From Eledone cirrhosa (lineage: Eukaryota): DNA of 64,000 bases. The stretch covers positions 53,692,001 through 53,756,000 of the forward strand of contig OZ024743.1 of NCBI GenBank assembly GCA_964016885.1, given 5' to 3'. How positions within the stretch are numbered: the stretch's first letter is position 1; the number at the start of each line of letters is the position of its first letter. A program made the translations under genes and the position numbers. A model generated the notes under the pieces. That model saw nothing but the letters and a program-made list of their open reading frames with translations. It did no database searches and had not been told where the DNA came from. Positions 58,277-64,000 of the stretch are shown piece by piece.

Positions 58277-58804
58277 CGGTGGTAGTGGTAGTAGTAACTG
58301 GTGGTAGATATTGTTATTGTGTTCACCTATTTCTGACTTGTGTGATGGCTGTAAAATAAATATACACACAGACAGACATAAAGACACACAAATACACACA
58401 CACACACACATACACACACACATATATATATATGTATATATATATTTATACACTCACAAACATTTGTAGAAATATATACCCAAACACCATATACACATGG
58501 CTGAAACATACGTGCAAGTAGCCTAGGGGCTTGTGAATGAATTGGGGTTGATTATATATCAGCGTGATATCGAATTTATCTCATGGGATAAACATGTTAC
58601 TACGTCCACAAAATACACTTACTCGTGTATGTATCGATATAGCTAGGCAGTTATTAGTTGCCTTCACTTATTCATTAGTTTGTTTTTGATTTTACCATTG
58701 AGCTCGTAATCAAATCAACGCCGTCGTTTAGACTGCTGTAAACTTAACCATGGGCGCGCGCACACAGGTGTATGTATAAGGTGTATTGTTTATACATGCA
58801 TATA

Positions 58805-58837
<33 letters not shown>

Positions 58838-59419
58838 TTATATATATACACACACACACACACACATATTTATTTATTTATAGGATAGGAAAAAAGTCAG
58901 GACCCCGACGGCTGAGGTCCGACCATTTCGACAGCTTGTTCGGAACTATATATATAAAATGATCGATCGACTTTCGTCAAATCGGACCGAGAAAACAATG
59001 TTTCCGTTGGTCTTTCCAGTTGGTAATACTATTTATCGGTCGCAACTCCAGGTAGAAGGAGCGACGTGAAATAAAGTGTCTTGCTCAAGGACATAACGCA
59101 TCGCCTGGTCCGGGAATCGAACTGACAACCTCAAGATTGTGAATCCAATTCTCTAACCACTCAGCCACACGTCTTCAGAAGATCCCGTTAAGAGTGAAAG
59201 CAGCGATTCTTTGCTTAAACTTTAATCTGATTATTTTTTGACTAAAGAAATTTTAGCCTGATAATGGCGTTTAGAACCCTCAGATAAATGGAAAAAAATG
59301 GAAAAATAAATGGAAAAAAATGAGTATTGACGTACGTCAATCTTTCAAAAAACAAAATATATATATGGATATGTGAAGACTATATATATACCTACAGTAA
59401 CTTCACGTTACACTCCCTG

Positions 59420-59466
<47 letters not shown>

Positions 59467-59790
59467 GCACACGCACACGCACACACACGCACACAATTTA
59501 CGTAAGTCACCGAAATTACTTCAGTGACCTCCGGCCATGATAAAACTCACTCAATGTAGATTCCTAGTTAAAACGGGGGTAACAGCAGTTAAAAATATAC
59601 CCAATACATTAGTAGAGTGTAAAGTCATATTTGATATAGAAATGGCTTGTACAGGACTAAAAAAATCATCAGAAGTTGCCCAGATGATTTTATACGAATG
59701 AAACATTTCTAGTCCTATAGAAACCATTTCTATAAAAAAAAAAATGGTATTTATATAAATTTGAGTATGTGTTGGCTGGTCACCGACACT

Positions 59791-59824
<34 letters not shown>

Positions 59825-59997
59825 AAGGTTAAACAAGGTTCGATGAATAAATCAAAGAATGAGTTTTACAATAGATAGGAAGCACTCAACAGAATGGTTT
59901 TCCGGAGTTATTAATATTAATTCAAAATATTAACAGCATAGTCATGGTAGTGACTGAATCTTAACCATATACTATGTCAGGGTGTCATGCATCATCT

Positions 59998-60064
59998 TAT
60001 TTTATCTGATGAGGACGTACTGTTGAAGTTAACTCAGTACCTCTGAAATATGTATAATAAAATA
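59998..60064 (+). ncRNA. Type I hammerhead ribozyme
   Basis: TATTTTAT-CTGATGA-GGACGTACTG(12 nt)CAGTACCTCT-GAAA-T-ATGT-A-TA-ATAAAATA, 8-bp stem I. Inverted tail copy at about 59821-59935. Confidence 0.82.
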
Positions 60065-60955
60065 TACTTGATCACAAGAATATCTATTTTGTTAATATTT
60101 TGAATTAATATATATATATAGAGAGAGAGGGGGAGAGAGAGATTAGGGGAGGGGGGGGGGAGATTGAATAGACTGCACCTGAAGGAGTTAGACGTGTTAT
60201 ATGAAGGAGCTAGACCTGTTTACATCTACGAAACCGTCGTTAATACGTTAAACATGTGTTCTCATCTTACACTGTAAGTGTTGATTTTGTACACACATTT
60301 ATATGTCAGTATGTGTATGTATATTGTTATATTATTTATCACCAAATCCTAACTTCAGAGCATAAACAAATGTATAGATGTTGCCATGGCGACTGCATGT
60401 AAAGGAAGATGGCGACCTGTCAATTGGTGATGTTTTCAGATGTACACTGCATGTGTTGTGTACAGATAGCAAAATATCACGTCACTCACAAAAAGGCTTC
60501 CTCCCACCCCTCCTCGTGAAAGAGTTATTGATCAACATTCAATTAATCTCTCTCTTTCTGTCCCTCTTTCTCCACCTCCCTCTACCACTCACTGTTTCGC
60601 TCTTTCATTCACAAACACACTTACATGTATGTATGCATGCATGCATACATACATAGATACATATATACATATATAGAGACAGACAGACAACAGACAGACG
60701 GACAGATATTTATACCGAGATTATAAGAAATATGTGTATGTCTGCATATATGTATGTATATACTTCTATGTATGTATGTATGTATGTATGTATGTATGTA
60801 TGTATATGACCAAGTTAGCTAGGTTGAAAAAATACTGTTTTAAATTACTTTTTTTTTCAACCTAGCTAACTTGGTCATTTGTATCGGTGTTCATCCCTCT
60901 CATATACTCATATATTCAATTGTAAAATACTATTTTGAGTTTCTAACATAATCTA

Positions 60956-61010
<55 letters not shown>

Positions 61011-61091
61011 TATATGTGTGTGTGTGTGTGAAGTAATTCCGTCGGAAAGGTCCAGGAAAAAAGAGTGCTCTATGTAGGTTACAGAGCTTAT

Positions 61092-61289
61092 TAGTTATGT
61101 AATAAACAACATAAGATTATTATTTCATTTACCAGTGGTTTCTTGAAAGCAAATAAATCTGCTTTCAGTCGTCAGAATGAAAAAAACCCTGGTGTTTTTA
61201 TTGAATGTGGATTTGAAAGCAGATTTATTTGCTTTCAAGAAACCACTGGTAAATGAAATAATTATCTTATGTTGTTTATTACATAACTA
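61092..61289. repeat. Inverted repeat element next to (TA)n
   Basis: Arms 61092-61167 and 61214-61289 are near-perfect reverse complements. The minus strand has CTGACGA-CT-GAAAGC at the inner edge. Confidence 0.7.
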
Positions 61290-61319
<30 letters not shown>

Positions 61320-61324
<5 letters not shown>

Positions 61325-61640
61325 CAAATACAGAAGGGAGTAGTTGCATTTAATTTCTCTGTGTGGAAATTGTCAGAACCATTAGATAATATAAAAAAGA
61401 ACGGTCATAGCTAGATAACTTTCAAAACTTGATTCAGTGGAATGATACGTAATCCCACAGGCACCCGGCGGACAGAATGGAGATGGCGTTTCCCCGGAGG
61501 ACGGCAAGGGAGACGCGCTGGAAAAGCCACTCCGACTTGCGGGTCTCACACCTGCGGCTGGCCAGCTCAGCGTCTATGGTGGTGAGTAGGGAGGTAGCTC
61601 TAGGGCCGAGGACACCAGAGGTCTCCACTGTCAAGGGTAC
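61320..61640 (-). mobile_element. 3' fragment of a CRE-clade non-LTR retrotransposon
   Basis: VPLTVETSGVLGP...LFQRVSLAVLRGNA matches the CRE-clade C-terminal endonuclease signature. Flanked by (TA)n and (CA)n. Confidence 0.7.
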
Positions 61641-63108
61641 AACAAATATATATGGAGTGATAAACACACACACACACACACACATATATTAATGTGTGTA
61701 TATATTATGTGAGACGACGCGTGATCTCGTGGATCGGGTGTTAAGCTCACGATCATAAGGTCGATAGTTCGATTTCTGAATTTCGTTGGATCCTTGAACT
61801 GGCAAAAATGTGCTGTACCTATAATTCAAAGAGGCAGTCTTGTCACAAACTGTCACTGTGCATCTCTCTAAGTACACACGTGTCTATGTAAGGCCCAAAA
61901 CAATTAGAAGGCTCATCGTCGTAACCGACGGAGATCCGTCATATATTTATAATTTAATAGAATGTAATTGTCAAACGGTATGATGTTATATCCCCTGTTA
62001 ATCATTGACCTGTCTCTTTTTCCCTCTACCACCCTATCTCCCTCTTCTCTCTACCAGCCTCTCTCTCTCTCCTCTTCTCTCTCCTCTTCTCTCTACCAGC
62101 CTCTCTCCTCTCTACCAGCCTCTCTCTCCTCTTTTCTACCAGCCTCTCTCTCCTTTTTTCTACCAGCTTCTCTCACTCTTTTTCTCTATCTCTACCAGCC
62201 CCTCTCTCTCTCCCCTCTCTACCAACCTACCATTCTTCTTTATCTCTTTGACACTTTAGTCGTGTTGCTATTTCGTTTTATTCCTCGCTGTCTCTATCTA
62301 TCTATGTGTGTGTGTGTGTGTTAGTGAATGTTTCTCTCTCGGTTTGTCTATATTTCATTAAGTTAATTTCTGACATTTCTAATCAAACTTCATTCAAATG
62401 CCATTACTCAACCTCACACCCACCTCCTCCTCCTCCTTCTTCTTCTTCGTCGTCATCATCATCATCAGGCGTCGCCATAGCCCCCCCCCCCACACCAACA
62501 TCAAAATACCATTTCTACCCCCACCTATATATCCCCTCCACCCACTATCACACACCAACCAATCACCACCACTACCATCATCATCATCTACTCCATCCAC
62601 AACCACAACCACCACCACCACAACCCATCATCTACCCCAACCACCCGGCCCCTTCAACACCTCTACTTGCTGTAGAAACTCACATCTGTCACTTCTCTTT
62701 CATTCCTTGCCACTCCTTTAACTTAACACTGATATCAACCAGCCCCTTTCTCTCTCTCACTTCCAGCCACTCTCTCTCCTTCTCTCTTCCAGCCACTCTC
62801 TCTCCCAACCAGCTACACACTCTCTCTCTCTCTCTCATTCAGCCACTCTCTCTCAACCAACCACACACACACTCTCTCTCTCTCTCTCTTCCAGCCACTC
62901 TCTCTCCTCTAATGATATCTACCATGTCCAAACATTTAACTTACTTGGTTTGGCTCCTCTATAACCGTTCATACTGTGTGTAGGTACGTGTGTTAATAGA
63001 TGTGTGTGTGTACGTGTGTTGATAGATGTGTATATATATATATATGTGTGTGTGTGTGCGTGTACGTGTGTTGATAGATGTGTGCGTGTACGTGTGTTGA
63101 TAGATGTG

Positions 63109-63144
<36 letters not shown>

Positions 63145-63627
63145 CGTGTACGTCTGTTGATAGCTGTGTAGGTACCTGTGTGTATGTGTGTGTGCGTATG
63201 TCTGTTGATAGACATGTGTATGTGTGTATGTGTGTTGATAGATGTTTATATATCTGTGTGTGTGTGTACGGCTGTTGATTGATGTGTATATGTCTGTTGA
63301 TAGATGTGTGTACGTCTGTTGATAGATGTGTGTGTGTGTGTAGGTGTGTTGATAAATGTGTATATGTCTGTGTGTGTGTACGTGTGTTGATAGATGTGTA
63401 TGTCGATGTATGTTTAACTTCACATGAACTGGCTGTTCTTTACCGTTCATACTGTGTGTATGTGTGTGTGTGTACGTGTGTTGATTGGTGTGTGTATGTT
63501 TGTGTGTTGGTTATGGTACATCTATGTGTTGATGTATGTGTCTATGTGTACAAGTTGATCTCGGCTTTTCTGCACATGTTTTTTTTTATCCTCTCAATAG
63601 AAGAGCCTTCCTTCCTCTTACATCTTT

Positions 63628-63684
<57 letters not shown>

Positions 63685-64000
63685 ACGTTGTTGGACCTCC
63701 GTAATTTCCAACGATGAGTGCTCAGGGAGATTAAGCGGGACACAAAGTGTGACAAAGCCGGCCCTTTGAATTAGAGGCATACAATTATTTTTGCCAGCTA
63801 CTTGTAATAATGTGTCGTGCTCAAGAGCACAATGTACTCGAACTCACAACCTTACAATCGTTAGCTGACCACCCTCTAACCATTAAGCTACACGCACGCA
63901 ATCACTATAGAGCAGGCATGTCAAACAGTAGAGCATCGAACATGATATTTGATTACGCCCATTTATGTTCTGAGTTGGACCCTATTTAACCTTGCCTTTC

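Noticed and set aside
62306-62983. Pro/His/Ser-rich ORF as possible NET exon 2
   Set aside because: Lacks LDAKKSPLALLAQTC, the Btd box and a C2H2 finger, and is built from simple repeats.

Overview
AT-rich eukaryotic DNA dominated by (TA)n, (TATG)n, (TG)n, (GA)n and (TAA)n microsatellites. The repeat landscape resembles octopod cephalopod genomes (inference). Almost all ORFs in the supplied track are microsatellite artefacts. I can support one host coding exon: 18066-18128 (+), MLTPTSTQYHYPEYLQPLPTT followed by a GTAAGT donor. It matches the N-terminus of NET-family (NocA/Elbow/ZNF503/ZNF703) zinc-finger repressors. I did not find exon 2, so the rest of the window is probably one intron of more than 45 kb. 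Mobile DNA includes an internally deleted Tx1/L1-type LINE and an R4/Dong-type LINE fragment in one (TAA)n array, plus RTE and CRE LINE fragments, RTE-tailed SINEs, tRNA-type SINEs and Tc1/mariner MITEs. The main result is a dense set of short, (TA)n-embedded, inverted-repeat elements from several sequence-unrelated families. They carry minimal type I hammerhead ribozyme motifs (complete at 5921-5963, 6145-6187, 34914-34980, 38862-38916, 39841-39900 and 59998-60064, plus variant and decayed copies). Most families also share a second downstream RNA motif, an ACUC/GAGU stem with a 2-nt 3' bulge and a covarying inner stem. This is the architecture of Penelope-like pLTR/retrozyme elements. One family keeps the bulged hairpin but shows a different fold where the hammerhead would be. 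All folds were derived by eye; none was computed or assayed.
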